In this document: piece after piece, positions 1 to 14,599 of the stretch | How the letters are laid out: every line of letters starts with the position of its first letter | Numbering within the stretch: position 1 is the first letter of the stretch | From: Octopus vulgaris | Lineage: Eukaryota | Assembly (NCBI GenBank): GCA_951406725.2 | Contig: OX597821.1 | Location: 37,634,001 to 37,698,000, forward strand | Reading direction: 5' to 3' | Length of the DNA: 64,000 nucleotides | Translations under genes and position numbers: made by a program | The notes under the pieces: model-generated | What the model was told of the DNA's origin: nothing | Databases searched by the model: none | The model's input: the letters and a program-made list of their open reading frames with translations, nothing else

Positions 1-1423
1 AGTGGATATTGAAACTGTTGTTTATTCACTTGTAGAATATGGTGTAATGCAAATCTTTGAAGAAGACCTTCGGCAAAAACTGATCATTGCATTAGAAAAT
101 ATGTGATGCCATAGCTTCTACGATATCGGAATAGTTAGAAAACGGAGTATTACTCCATGGGTATTTAACAGGCAAATCCTGTTACTGTAACGAATTACGA
201 TCTTTCAAAATATAGGATATTTCTGAGAGAATATTACAGGGAACTGTTTTGGAACCATTCGTATTTCTAATAATTCTCTCGGATATTCGTCCACTAGCTA
301 GACCGATACGGCAACTGAAGTTCCGATGATGTAGAAAGCAAGATGATGTCGGTGCAATATAAGAGTGGGTTTCCTTGAAACTTCAATCATGACACCATCA
401 GCCGACTCACATGAGGCAGAAGACATTGCAGTATCATAACCTGTGTGTAGCATAGGAAGAAAATTAATAAGGATGCACATAGTACTAAGATGGCAGCAAT
501 ATGCAGAGATGACTGACAGAAAGGATTCTGAGAACGCTTGCAGCCAAGATAATAGGAAACAACGTCAGTGCTGTGAAAGACATTTGTTTTTCAGTCGGTA
601 TGATTTTTGTCGCCAAATATTGTCAAAGCTTACAGTGGAAATCGAAGCAATCAAACGCTTTTACTGATGTGATTGCATCACTGCTGTTGAGTGTGATTTC
701 TGAAACGATGACTTCCTTAAAACTCGATCGCCGAGAGCGAACGATGAGAGGGTGTCCAATGATACACACCTCTACATACGCGCACGCACACTCACACACA
801 TACATACACACACACATGTATGTGTGCGGAATTTACTGCAAATCGTGCATTAACCATTTTCCACGAACTTGAAGGCGTTGCATGGTAGAAATGAACAGCA
901 ACGATATATCGGAACTTATGAATGACAGCAGACAGCGACAAAAATATGAAAAAAAGATCGTTGTTAGGACACTTTAATTATAGAACTCCCTCACCAAGGG
1001 GCTAACACAGGACTAATCAATCGCACGTAAGAGTCCCAAGGGCTGGAAAGACACTCGCACACACATACACATACTGTAGATGACACATCTGGGAGCAGTG
1101 ATATTAAAATCACTAATTAATTAAGATGATTAATTAATCATATGTTTCAACAAGAAAGTCGGTTGCAACGGATTTGATTGTAGAGTAAAACCGCGTTAAC
1201 ACTGCACCCACCGACGAAAAGAAAGAGATTAAATGTGTGTGTGTGTACGTATATATACTCGTATATGTGAATGACATGTATAAGTGGATTCTTAAATGCA
1301 CCTCTCTCTCCCTCTTTCGCATATATATATATATATATGTATATATATATGTATATATATGTGTATATATATATGTATATATATGTGTATATATATATGT
1401 GTATATGTGTATATATATATGTG

Positions 1424-1455
<32 letters not shown>

Positions 1456-1685
1456 TATACATATATGTACATATATATATGTGCATATATATATATATGT
1501 ACACATGTGTATATATACATATGTGTGTATTATGGGTGTGTGTATGTGTGTGTACAGTATATTAGATTATAAATGCATATACTTTTATAATGTTTTATAT
1601 ATATACATATATATATATATGATTATGCGTATATACGTACATGCCTATGAAGATATATATACATACACAGTCACATATATAAATG

Positions 1686-1733
<48 letters not shown>

Positions 1734-1809
1734 TGCATTATATATAAATATATTTGAATATGTATGTATGCCCATACTTATATGTATATATATGCATCTG
1801 TATGTATGT

Positions 1810-1962
1810 ATGGATGGCTAAGTGGTTAGGGGTATTTAGCTTACTCTCATAAGGGTGCGCACGTGTGGGGAGTTTTTAGCCACCTGCAAGTTAGTCACAC
1901 GAGCAGATTGTTCTGTTGATATCGGATCACCCAGAATCCTCGTCGTCGTAACCGATGGGGGG
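1810..1962 (+). mobile_element. Internally deleted tRNA-SINE-like fragment (family D)
   Basis: A-box-like TGGCTAAGTGGTTAGG and a GC-rich tail ...CCTCGTCGTCGTAACCGA. Confidence 0.4.
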
Positions 1963-1990
1963 GGGGGGGAAGTTAATCACCCGCACGTAT

Positions 1991-2031
<41 letters not shown>

Positions 2032-2120
2032 TGCATATATCTGAACACACCAACACAGGCGCACTCTTACGAGCATACGCCTAGTTTTCCTCCATGCATC
2101 CACAGGCTTTCATCCATCCG

Positions 2121-2123
<3 letters not shown>

Positions 2124-2166
<43 letters not shown>

Positions 2167-2236
2167 TGCATATATACACATACATACATATATACACACA
2201 CACATATATACATACATACATACATATATATATATG

Positions 2237-2282
<46 letters not shown>

Positions 2283-2319
2283 TATATACATATATATATT
2301 ACTATAAATATATATATGA

Positions 2320-2373
<54 letters not shown>

Positions 2374-2624
2374 GCATATATATATATACTTATATATACA
2401 TGTATATATATTTATATATATATGCATATATATATACTTATATATTTATATATATGTATATATATATATATATACTTATATATATTTTTATATATATGTA
2501 TATATATATATATGCACTTATATATATATATATTTGTATATATATACATATATTTATATATATGTATATATACTTATATATATATCTATTTATATATATA
2601 TATATATTATATATATATATATAA

Positions 2625-2679
<55 letters not shown>

Positions 2680-2723
2680 GTCTATATATATATATGTTTA
2701 TAGATATGTATATATATTTATAG

Positions 2724-2787
<64 letters not shown>
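2124..2787. repeat. Long degenerate (TA)n tract
   Basis: Directly visible. Confidence 0.95.
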
Positions 2788-2789
<2 letters not shown>

Positions 2790-2805
2790 ATATGTATATA
2801 TCTAT

Positions 2806-3143
2806 AGGCACAGGAGTGACTGTGTGGTAAGTAGCTTACTTAGCAACCACATGGTACCGCGTTCAGTCTCACTGCATGGCACCTTGTGCAAGTGTCCTCT
2901 ACTAAAGCCTCAGGCCAACCAAAGCCTTGCTTGTATAACTATGTATATGTGTGTGTATGTGTCCCAACATTACTTGAACACCGATGCTGGTGTGTTTAGA
3001 TCCCCGTAACTTAGCGGCTCGGCAAACGAGACACTTGCAACAAGTACTAGTCTTACAAAGAATAAGTCCTGGGTCGATTTTCTCGACTAAAGGCGGTGCT
3101 CCAGCATGGCCGCAGTCTAATGACTGGAACAAGTAAAAGAATA
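2806..3143 (+). mobile_element. SINE family A, diverged
   Basis: GGCACAGGAGTGACTGTGTGGTAAG head and GGTGCTCCAGCATGGCCGCAGTC tail. Confidence 0.88.
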
Positions 3144-3195
3144 AAACAATATACTTACAGACACACACACGTACACACACTCATATATGTATGTG

Positions 3196-3226
<31 letters not shown>

Positions 3227-3253
3227 ATATTTATATAAATATGTATATATATA

Positions 3254-3304
<51 letters not shown>

Positions 3305-3541
3305 GTGTGTGTGTGTATGACTTCATAACACTCGAGAGAGAAGGTATGTACAATTAGTGGTGAGGTCATAATCTGACTCAAAATCTGTTGTCTACCTGGC
3401 TTTCGTTTTCTATGTCTATATACAAATACATATTTTTGAATGCGTAAGTAGGAATGTATATATATATATATATATATGCTTATGTTTAAATATGTACAGA
3501 ATTTTGTATATAAACGCATATATTTATATATATATATATAT

Positions 3542-3619
<78 letters not shown>

Positions 3620-3922
3620 GCATGTTTATATGTGTGTGTGTATAAAAATATGTGTGTATGTACTTTGTAATCTCCATGAATAAGAATGCAGGCGAAAGAG
3701 AAATCTTAGCTGATAGTACTCAGTACAAGGTACTTAAAGCGAATGTAGACTTATATAATTATTTATACTAATAATCACAGTAATAATTGATTCCTGGCTG
3801 GCGAACGTCTTTTTACGAGATCGAACTCGGTTAGATATTGGCTTGAAATGACTGCAGTGTGATCGCTTACATAAATATATGTGGCCGTGTAGGTTTGTGT
3901 GTATGTGCGTGCGTGTGTGAGA

Positions 3923-3953
<31 letters not shown>

Positions 3954-4091
3954 CATGTATGTATATGTATATGTGACTGTATATGTATATATGCATATAA
4001 AAATATATGTATACATGTATACACACATTTCAAATAATACAAGCGTGTATGTCTTTGTCTTGCATGTATAAATACTTACGGTATCTGTTGA

Positions 4092-4422
<331 letters not shown>

Positions 4423-4479
4423 CACATTTATATACACAAATATATGTATGTCTGTATGAATGTATGTATGTATGTTATG

Positions 4480-5474
4480 GTATATTGCAAACCTTGTAAC
4501 AGACGTCCATTTTGATTCAGTCACTAATGACGTCACTGGTTCGATGAAATTGCAAGATATATATTTCAGCTGGTATTGAACACGCTTTCTCCCAATGAAT
4601 ACTTTCAGTTTATTGACTGCGATAAAACCATATCATATTTAGGTCGCCATAATGCACCCCTCCCCCATCGGGGCCTTAATGTCTGGCGGATGCAGATGGC
4701 ATTCAGTGCTCCTATGCGATCCTATCTATCTGCGTAGCAACGTTAAGATAGCTCCTCACCTCATGATGGTAGTGGAGACATATTCCGTCTTGCTTAAAAT
4801 ACATTTTCTGTTCATATTCCGACTTCTGTCGAAAGTGTGGCATGATGGATTGTTGTATATAATTCAAAAATACAGTACCAGTTACAAGGCTGTCAAAGAG
4901 AAATCCTTCAGTTAAGTGCAAAAGCTATCAGTCTGACCTTCTCCCCCACTCGTAATGTGCAGCTTCTTGGTTGTCCAGTAACTGCACTTGTGACAATATT
5001 AGGTATTGCAGCATAAACGCCATCACTTCTAGGAATTTGGGTTTAAAAACGCTGCCTCTACTGCCCAGTTTTTCCTGAGTCACATAATTCAATTCTCCAA
5101 TCGGGATCATTTCTATTGAGGACGTAGACAAATAGAATAAAGTATTCGATGAGGTACTTCAAAATGTGGTAGTGCTCGATTTTGGAAACCTCTTTCGCCA
5201 GTTATTTACTGAGCAGGTTTTTCTTGAAGATTGATGTAAGGCCACTTTTGTCTCATTGGTATCTTGGATGTTTGCAATCTATTGTGGCGACGTTTGTGGG
5301 GAAAAAGAAAAGATCATACTCTCCAGCTACGTCTTTCCACTTTCACACCAGAATAATTTTCCTTTGCTCAAAGTTTAGTCACATCTCAGCCATTAAAAGT
5401 AGTTGTTTCCGAAACCGAAATATTTTGATTTAAAGACCGAGAAAATATATGTATATTTCTTGAGACAAGGAGAT

Positions 5475-5478
<4 letters not shown>
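4480..5478 (-). mobile_element. Decayed Tc1/mariner (DUF4817/Tc3A-like) transposon
   Basis: Fragments MAEM.LNFEQRKIIL, NDPDWRIELC, FLFDSLVTGTVFLNYIQ...YFKQDGICLHYHHEVRSYLN. Boundaries approximate. Confidence 0.75.
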
Positions 5479-5536
<58 letters not shown>

Positions 5537-5829
5537 ATAAAATGTTAGGAGATACGAAAGGTGAATATATTTATTTAACCACTTGTCACCACTTGTCACC
5601 CTTAAGATTATGGCTGTTTCGCAGCATTCATCACGTGATAATAATTTCAGTGTATAATAAAAAAAAATATTTCACTTGTCCACCCTGATATGCATGCTAT
5701 GCAGTATGCAATAAAATTGTATATTTACAAATCAGTGCAGATAAAGAAAGTTAAGTCATCAGATCACCAGAGCATCATGGTTATATCAAAGCTTGAACTC
5801 CGTGATAGCTACATAATTCTATGAATCAA

Positions 5830-5912
<83 letters not shown>

Positions 5913-5926
5913 GACTACGACTACTA
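5830..5926. repeat. (ACT)n trinucleotide repeat
   Basis: Directly visible; source of the poly-T ORF. Confidence 0.95.
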
Positions 5927-6229
5927 CACATACATATATGTATTTATACACACGCACACTGACACGCCACACGATGAATAAGGTCCTAACCTTGGTTGTT
6001 ATAATTGCTACCCTTCGGTTGCCTACCGTATTTGGAAAAACCCAGCCAGCCAGAAAAGTTGTTCATATTAAGAATGTTCTTATATCACTTATTCTGCTTC
6101 ATGCCATCCAGTATGGGCTAGATTGTTATCCTGTTTCCCCAAACCAGAGCATATATTGTTTAACTTAATCCCTATGTGTATCCTAGTTCCGACTCGTGTC
6201 CATCCTTTCGACTGCTACCGAAAAGTACA

Positions 6230-6920
6230 CATCAACGTTTCTATCCCTGTGTGCTGTAGGACCCCTAAGTAATGCAGTTTAGAAACTTAGCAGCTTTATA
6301 GGTAACACTTTCATGGCTGTAGGTTTACTAGACTTTCTTAAGGGCTTTCATATAGTATACATTAGCTATGCTAGGTCTGCTGAAGAGGAGAAGTTATTAA
6401 AGCGCAGTACATGAGCTGACACTTTCACTTTGCTTGTCTTCTAGTGTTGTTTCCGATTTATAATCTGGACGTTGTTAGCAAGAGTTGAGGACTTCCGTTT
6501 CTCTTTCACAAATGATCAGCCATGACTGGTTGTGTGCCTTCCCCGAATCACAGTTTTCCAATGTTTTTCCTGCCTGACTTTTAGTGAAACCCTCTGTATT
6601 CAATGCCATAGCTACGTGTTATAGAATACACGCAGTTCTCATGTTCGAGGCGTTGTGCGTGGCGAATAGCCCTGAAAAGGAGGTCTGTCATTGAATTCTC
6701 TCGTATTTTCTCGACATGCCTCTTATGTAAAGCAGACAGATGCTAGAACAATTTAAAAATTAAATATTGTGGCGCCTTATATCTTGACTCTTAGAAGCAT
6801 GATAACCTTGCGAGAAAGTTGTTAGTGTGAAGGGCCTTTTTAATTTGAATCACCTCATATTGGTGAGTACCTGAGCTGCCACATATCAGTTTTGTTTGAT
6901 CTTGTAGACAATCGATGACT
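6230..6920 (+). mobile_element. Possible very decayed RTE-like RT remnant
   Basis: Only faint, correctly ordered echoes of LAYADD and LLYG.ETWTL motifs; no clean translation. Confidence 0.25.
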
Positions 6921-7036
6921 CTTCTTTACGGCATATCGAAGGTTGCAATCAAACTCGTCCGTCAAATGTTGTGACACATGAGTTTCATGAAACCACCCCA
7001 TCCGAAATTCTGAGAAAATGTACATACCCTCAACCT

Positions 7037-7071
<35 letters not shown>

Positions 7072-7179
7072 AATAAATGTATTATATGTGAATATGTGAA
7101 TGTATATGTATATATGCGTGTATATGTATGGACATGCATATATATATATATGTGTGTATATACACATATATATATACGC

Positions 7180-7230
<51 letters not shown>

Positions 7231-7609
7231 CTTATATACTTATACACACACACGTATACATATATATATATATATATATGTACACGTGTGTGTGTATAAG
7301 TATTTGTAAGTAAACACTGTAGAACAGTATCATAATGCATTTTGTTCCCGGAGCAAGCTGGACTCTTGCAACCTTCCTTCAAACATTCCCACGCAGCTCA
7401 TGCCTGTTCCCCGGATACCCCTTGCTGCGTCAACCTGCTCTACTCACTCCGCCCACAACTTCATTCTCAGAACGTCACGCCACCCCAATCTCCCTCCCCA
7501 GTCCCCCTTCCCAATTCCCTGTAGGTGCTGATTTGCAACGGTTCAAGGTTCAAGTAGAACATTAATGGCAACAAACTTATCGGCCAAAATGAGTTTCAAA
7601 TGACACGGG

Positions 7610-8920
7610 GTCAAACGGGTGCGACAAAAGAATTGAAACACCTTGTTAATTGGAAGTGTTTTTTTTTTGTTTAATACGGTATTAGTTCACCTTTGGTACC
7701 AATCACAGTTTTAGGAATGAACGTGTGCAGGTTCTGACTGATTGTTCGGAGAATTTGATCCATTCTTCATGGGAAATGCTATAGCTCTTTTAGCGACGAT
7801 GGCAGAGGAAAAAGCGGCTCCTCACTTGCTGCTCTAAGATACACCATAAATACTGGATTTTATTAAAATCTGATAAGTGTGTGTGTGTGTGTTTGAGTGT
7901 GTATGCGTGTGTGTGTGTTTGTGTGTGTGTATGTGGTGGGGGCAATATAAGTGGTCTTCTTTTGTGTTCTTCCTATCAGTTTTGAATAACAATAACCGCG
8001 TGATTCGCCGCATTGTTATCCTGGAAAAAATGCGGTGCATTAAGGAACAATGTTTGTACCATATGATGGTACAAACACTAGAAAAATACTCAAATAATCT
8101 TGGGCATTAAGTTTGTTTTGTAGAAAAATCGAGCGAGCAAGAGAATTCTTTGGCGTGGTTGCCCTAATTAGTACAGAACAACCTCTGTGTTTCACGGCAG
8201 GATCCTATGAGTCAGAATTGAAGGCATCTTTGGAACTGTTTCCTGACAAACTCAACCCGGAAGTGGGAAAATGATGGGGGGTAGGGATGGGGGTGGGGAT
8301 GATAATTCTTGAAAGATGATATTGTTCCATTGAATCATTGAACAATTTTGATAGTGAAGAGATTATTTTTCTGTATATCAATGTTGATGGAGGACAGGAG
8401 ACGTTTATCAGTTGCCGTCCTTCCGTGGTATTCAGCTTTAAGGAGCTCACGATGAACAGTTTTGGTTGATACAAAATTGGTAAGGTAGTGGTTTAGCGCT
8501 TCTCTCACTTTTGGTGATGTAGTTCGATAGGTTTCCCACACAATACGTTTTTCTATACCGTGGCCACTCTTCACCTGCTTTGCCTTCCATGCAGAACTGT
8601 GCTTGCCAGAGGTGGTTTTTGCCTTGGTTTTCCAATGCCAACATTATTTTAGAGATTATGCTTCTCGAAACATTAAACAGTTCAGTGATTTTAGTGGCTA
8701 AAACTTCACCCATCCACGTCCCCCAAATTTATCATCTTTGGAAATCAGACAGGTCACGCATTTTAGCTTATTTCAATGTAAATATCTCTCATATGATGGA
8801 ATACAAAACGTTCATAATGCATATGAACACACTCACACTCCAACAGTTTTGAATTGTTCATTCTACAAAAGAAAAGAAATAATTAAAAGGAGCGTTTCCT
8901 GTATTTCGTCCCTTCCTTGT
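7610..8920 (-). mobile_element. Near full-length decayed Tc1 (DD34E-type) transposon
   Basis: From ATG at 8761: MRDLSDFQR...TKITELFNVSRSIISKIM (HTH), VSTKTVHRELLKAEYHGR, AVKHRGCSV, FQDNNAANH, SDFNKIQYLWCILEQQVRSR. Imperfect TIRs near 7612-7642 and 8886-8920. Confidence 0.9.
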
Positions 8921-8968
8921 GTGTGTGTATAGCAGTATATATGTGTTTGCGTGTTTATATATATACAT

Positions 8969-9011
<43 letters not shown>

Positions 9012-9041
9012 CATACATACACGCATATATATATACATATA

Positions 9042-9095
<54 letters not shown>

Positions 9096-9191
9096 TTCAG
9101 CAAAATTTAGATTCAGATGAATATGGTACTTAAGTTAAAGGCACCAGAATTTTGTATGGTATTATTCATATAAATCAAATGGGGTGATTAT

Positions 9192-9296
9192 AATCAAAAT
9201 AAGCAACAAGTATATCCAAGGTAGAGTAGTACAAGTGTTTCATGCTACTTCATTTTATTAAACACTCTACCTTGGATATACTTGTTGCTTATTTTG

Positions 9297-9299
<3 letters not shown>
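9192..9299. repeat. Perfect 36-bp inverted repeat, 36-bp spacer
   Basis: 9192-9227 AATCAAAATAAGCAACAAGTATATCCAAGGTAGAGT is the reverse complement of 9264-9299. Confidence 0.95.
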
Positions 9300-9371
<72 letters not shown>

Positions 9372-9498
9372 TTATGGAGATGTACTTGAAAAGCAAGTGA
9401 CCTGATCTGAGAAAAGAATTGCAGCGTGAAAGGTATTTACAAGTCATTTAACAAAAACTCAAAAACCGTGAGAAAAAAATTCAACATTTAATGAATCC

Positions 9499-9528
<30 letters not shown>

Positions 9529-9529
<1 letters not shown>

Positions 9530-9836
9530 CACGTGATCACGTGACCGACCAGACCATCAGATGTTGTTACACATCGCTGGTCACAATGAGTTCGCATTGT
9601 TTTAGCCTTCGAATGACGCCACCCCGCTGGCTAAGCGAGCAGGCCAACAGTGGTGGTGAAAGGCCAACAGCGAGTGGTGAAAGAGGACAGCAGGGATCAC
9701 CACCCTCTGACGGAGCCTCGTGGAGCTTTTAGGTGTTTTCGCTCAATAAACACACACAACGCCCGGTCTGGGAATCGAAGCCACGATCCTGCGACCGCGA
9801 GTCCGCTGTCCTAACCACTAGGCCATTGCGCCTCCA
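9529..9836 (-). mobile_element. tRNA-derived SINE family C
   Basis: Minus-strand head TGGAGGCGCAATGGCCTAGTGGTTAGG...GCTTCGATTCCC (A/B boxes). Tail ends in repeated CACGTGAT. Confidence 0.8.
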
Positions 9837-10276
9837 CTATATAAACATACTATATAAACATACACGTCACATATGTCTATAAAAAATATATATATGTGTG
9901 TGTGTGTGTATGTATGTATGTATAAAACAATGTCTTACTCCTTTAATTGTTTCTGTCGTGAAAGACTGGCACTACACTTGAGTTTTTGATTTGGAATCTG
10001 CTGGTTGCGACGAATGGATGAGTGCAAACGAAATGTTGCTCACACTTCATGATTTATAGGATTTGATGCAGTTCCGAGTTCTACGAAAACGTTGTACACG
10101 GTTTGTTTTCGTCTGCTGGCATTTATTCGTACGTTAAGACTGAGACAAACAGCAAGAGAAAATTCGGTGTTAGTGCTTCCTTCCTCAAACTTCCGGCTGC
10201 AGGAGTTCGTCATCAGCCAAGTAGGTTATTGCTGGTTCAGTCATTTGAGTACATGAGCAGATACAGGGAAAGATAA

Positions 10277-10368
<92 letters not shown>

Positions 10369-10875
10369 CATATCTCGTCCGTCAAGTTTGACAGTGATCT
10401 AGCTGCTACAGAGGCAGATACAAGATTAGCGCAAAATTTTACTGTGAGAAATCCTTATCTCGATTTCAAAGACTCTGCCCAGCGGCAAGATAAACTGAAA
10501 ACCACTGAGGTTGTACAAAGAATGTGTGCTATTCCCCAAATAGCTGAAGGGATCTCCAGACTTGGCAATGGCATGGATAACAAGCTATAATATATCAAAT
10601 GTTTACCTTGTAACATGGTTTCTGTACACTATATCTGTATGTTGCCACCCGAGCTAGTGACCTCATTAGATTTCTGACGCCAACTTCGAAATTATGGAGA
10701 TGAGTTAGTCATTTCTTTTATGCTTCATTTCAATGATACACAATGTCCTCCTCTCTGCACGGACAAACTATGACACGGCCGTTGACCATTGAAGTCCTCT
10801 TTCATTGGTGTCCTTTTCATGCAGTCACCCCCCCCACTCACGTAGCAAAGTTTTGTGCGCATTGTGCATATGTCC

Positions 10876-11160
10876 TTTATCTTTGTTTTAGCCATTAGGA
10901 TGCGCCCATGTCATTAGACTGTGCCTTGAAAGGTTTAGCTGACCAAATCGACACCAGTATTTCTGGTTTTTAAAGCCCGGTACTAATTCTATCAGTTGTT
11001 TTTTGCTGAACCGCTAAGTTGCGAGAACGTAAATAAACCAGCACCGGTTGTGAAGCAGTGATGGGGAACAAAGCTAAATCAAACACACACACACACACGA
11101 CGGGCTTCTCTCAGTTTCAATCCACCACATCTACTCACAAGCCATTGGTCAGGTCGGGAG
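10876..11160 (-). mobile_element. SINE family A, old partial copy
   Basis: GAACCGCTAAG, CGACGGGCTTCT.TCAGTTTC and ACTCACAAG motifs. Confidence 0.7.
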
Positions 11161-11421
11161 AAAGAAAACCACTTTTTTTAAAAATGGTTTTGTTTCTCCC
11201 TTAACGATTCCTTGCAGAATGATCTTGCCAGGCCACTAAATCTTGTGTTTCGTTCGATCTCAGATCTCAAAATAAGGTTTCCATGATGTGCAATGGTAAT
11301 GGTAGGCGTCGTAAAGCTGTTCATATGCAGAAACCGAAGAATTTGCATAGCTCCCCATTTCCGATGCTTGAATCTGTCTATCTGTCTGTCCGTGTCTTTT
11401 CTATATATCTAATCTAATCTA

Positions 11422-11476
<55 letters not shown>

Positions 11477-11479
11477 GCC

Positions 11480-11510
<31 letters not shown>

Positions 11511-11592
11511 TTCTCTTTGATAATCTGTCTGTATATATATACCTTCACAAACATGTTTAATATACAGTGAACGTGTGTGTGTGTGTGTGTGC

Positions 11593-11623
<31 letters not shown>

Positions 11624-11914
11624 TGTATGTATGTATGTATGTATGTATGTATATGTACGTAGCTGTCTGATTGTTTCTATCTATCTATCTATCTATCTAT
11701 CTATACGTACACATGTGTTAGTGCGTGTGTATGTGTGTGTGTGTGTCAGTGTACTCTTTGTCTCTCTCTATCTCACTCACACACGCACACACCGTTCATC
11801 AGACAATTGTAATAATACAGACTAATATAGAAATGTTCGAAATTCTGAGAATATATAAGAGTTTCTGGTCACCAATTCAACGAAGAAGCATTTAAAGCTG
11901 ATTGGGCAACAATA

Positions 11915-12125
11915 TGGCGTGGCCGAATCGTTAGAATGCCGCGGAAAACGTTTTGCGGTACTTTTTCTACTTCCATGCGTTCTGATTTCAAATTACATCA
12001 AGGTCAACTCTGCCAGTCGTCATTTAGTGGCCGATAAAAATAATGCACAAATCATATACTCTTTCCGATCTAAACGGCTAGCACCTCCGCCCAAATACCG
12101 GGTAACCCTAATTCCAAATTACAGA
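11915..12125 (+). mobile_element. SINE family B, old copy
   Basis: GGCCGAATCGTTAGAATGCC...TTCTGATTTCAAATT...GGTCAACTCTGCC. Confidence 0.6.
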
Positions 12126-12152
12126 GAAGCTATGTGTGTGTGTGTATGTATG

Positions 12153-12216
<64 letters not shown>

Positions 12217-12244
12217 TATACTTTAGTGTATATGTTTGAACTCC

Positions 12245-12335
12245 CAGTAAGAAACTTTATTTGCAACCACGCAATCATGGGTTCGATCCCTCTGCGCGTC
12301 TTCTTAGGCAAGTGGCATTTTCTATACTCTCCCGT
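12245..12335 (+). mobile_element. SINE family A-like head fragment
   Basis: CAACCAC...GGGTTCGATCCC...CTTAGGCAAGTG. Confidence 0.55.
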
Positions 12336-13202
12336 CAGCTCACAGCTTGTAGTTGAAAATGAGTCGGCGGAAATTATACGCAAGCTCGTCGAGTTGCTTA
12401 ATGTAATTGTAAATAATTGTGAGATATTCAACCATCTGGCCGTTAGGGAAATCAAGAGTAGGTACTTCAGTTGATGGAACAACATATTCCTCGTCGTTCA
12501 TTGACGGAGATCCTCAATATACGCGCATAAATGCGCACCTGCTGTTAGCCGATATCGAGTTGTGTCCCTTCAATTCGAGATGTAATTACATCAATCGATA
12601 AATTGAGATCGAAGTACATATTGGGTTTGATATGATCCACTAAGAATTCGTCCTCTTAAATGTCGAGCAGTGACGGGTGTAAGAGAGTAAAGGAATACGT
12701 ACACACACACACACACACACACGCACACACACATGTAGTCACATATTTGTGTATAAAAACAACACACACACACAAACATACACACATACATATGTCATAT
12801 ATTCACTTTCAAAAACATATTTATATACATATATAAAGGCATATATATTAATTCTACGCATGCACGCACACGCACGCGCACGCACATTTTATTCGTTGAT
12901 ATATATATATATATATATATATATCTGATATTAAATTGCAGAGAAGCTGCGTGTTGATTTTATTTGCTTTCATTCAGAGGCATTGGTTTCGTGCGAGAGT
13001 ATGTGTGTGTGTGTGTGTGAACATTTGTTTATGTGTATACATATATATTTGTGTGTGTGTGTATGCATGAATATTTGTATAATTAAATAAATGCCTGCAT
13101 ACATTTCCATATACAATCAAAAATATTTATACAAGAATGTATATATTTATAAATACATTACGGACACACGCACACACACGCACACACACACACACACACA
13201 CA

Positions 13203-13264
<62 letters not shown>

Positions 13265-14559
13265 TCTATCATATATGTATAAGTATTTATGTATATTAAC
13301 ATACTTTAAGATTTTCCTAATGATGTAACTTCTGAGGTGTATATGTTTGACAACCATATTTTGATGTTTTACTCTTATGTGTATGATGTTTGTATATTAT
13401 ACGCATGTTTAAGCTGAAAATATCTTCCTGTCTGCATTTTCCTCTTGTATCTGATATTTTTTTTATCTGTTTTCGAACTTTAATAGTTTTTTCTTTCGTT
13501 TCTGTGTTCCCTTTCTCCTTTTATGTGTCGCTGAACATCTCCACTTTCTTCACTGAAATATTCTAAAGCGACACTTTATCTGTTTATCTGTGCCTCTATT
13601 TTTAGTTATATTCCTCTATCGGTTGTTTTCTTGTGTGTTTGTATTTGAGTGTTTAACACATTTGGAACGACTCTGCTGCTATAAACATGTCACCTAAGTC
13701 TGCATCTGAAAGAAAACTGTCCGACTGATTGTCATTGAACAACTCAATAACCGACTCCATCCTTGTAATTCACCGATCTACTGTCTTCACACACTGCTAC
13801 ATCACTTCTCAAATGATAGATGTAGCAGTAAAACCCTATACCCCAGATATAGCATATACCCGTTTCTCCTCCTTGCGTCACAGTCTTATTTCGCCAATCA
13901 CTGACTCAGCCTCTTTTCTCCGGAATATCAGCCATCTGGAAAGCTCATTCCACTTTGTTGAAATTTGCTGTTGATGAGCTTTATGTCAGCCCTATTGAGC
14001 TGATCAATGGAAATTGCACTCCAGCCTTGACCATCGCGTTTAATAATTCATGCATTACCTAGTTATAACTACATTATCGAATAAGTTATCTCTAAAAAGT
14101 AATTGGGTGTTATTTAAGGAAGATGTTGACTGCTGTTTCTAAAACATCGACAGACCTCATAAAATCTTCCATTGTTACGGGTTCTTCAGAGACGCCATTT
14201 TATAGCTCTGGAAGGTGGCCACAAACCTTCCCAACTCCATTGACCATCCTGCTACGCTCACCTATTCCTTCAACGTTGTTGGAGGATTTTCTCAAACACT
14301 TTGATCATATAAAAAATGTGAGACTCAGTGTTAAAGTTGCTAGCGTTTCGGTGGGAGACTTGCTTACTTTGGTGTCTCCGTGTCCCTCTTATAATTGAAA
14401 TATGGCTCCTATCTTTGGATCTCTTGTCTTTTCAACTTGACGATATATTTTAAGAGAGGTTTCGGAAAAATTTTTTTGTGCAGAAAATTTCTGGATCTTC
14501 TTTCGTTGCATTTTCAGATCTTGTAACATGGCGAGAACAGTGCTTGATAAATTAAATGG

Positions 14560-14599
<40 letters not shown>

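Noticed and set aside
443-667. FCRQ...VEIEAIKRFY resembling Merlin/ISXO2 VEIDES
   Set aside because: Too short and divergent; no supporting motifs or TIRs seen.
9760-9836. Functional tRNA genes in SINE heads (also 42303-42368 and 48235-48308)
   Set aside because: Acceptor stems do not pair and the heads run into SINE or PLE bodies.
13400-14530. Possible decayed retroelement between (TA)n tracts
   Set aside because: No diagnostic motif recovered by manual translation.
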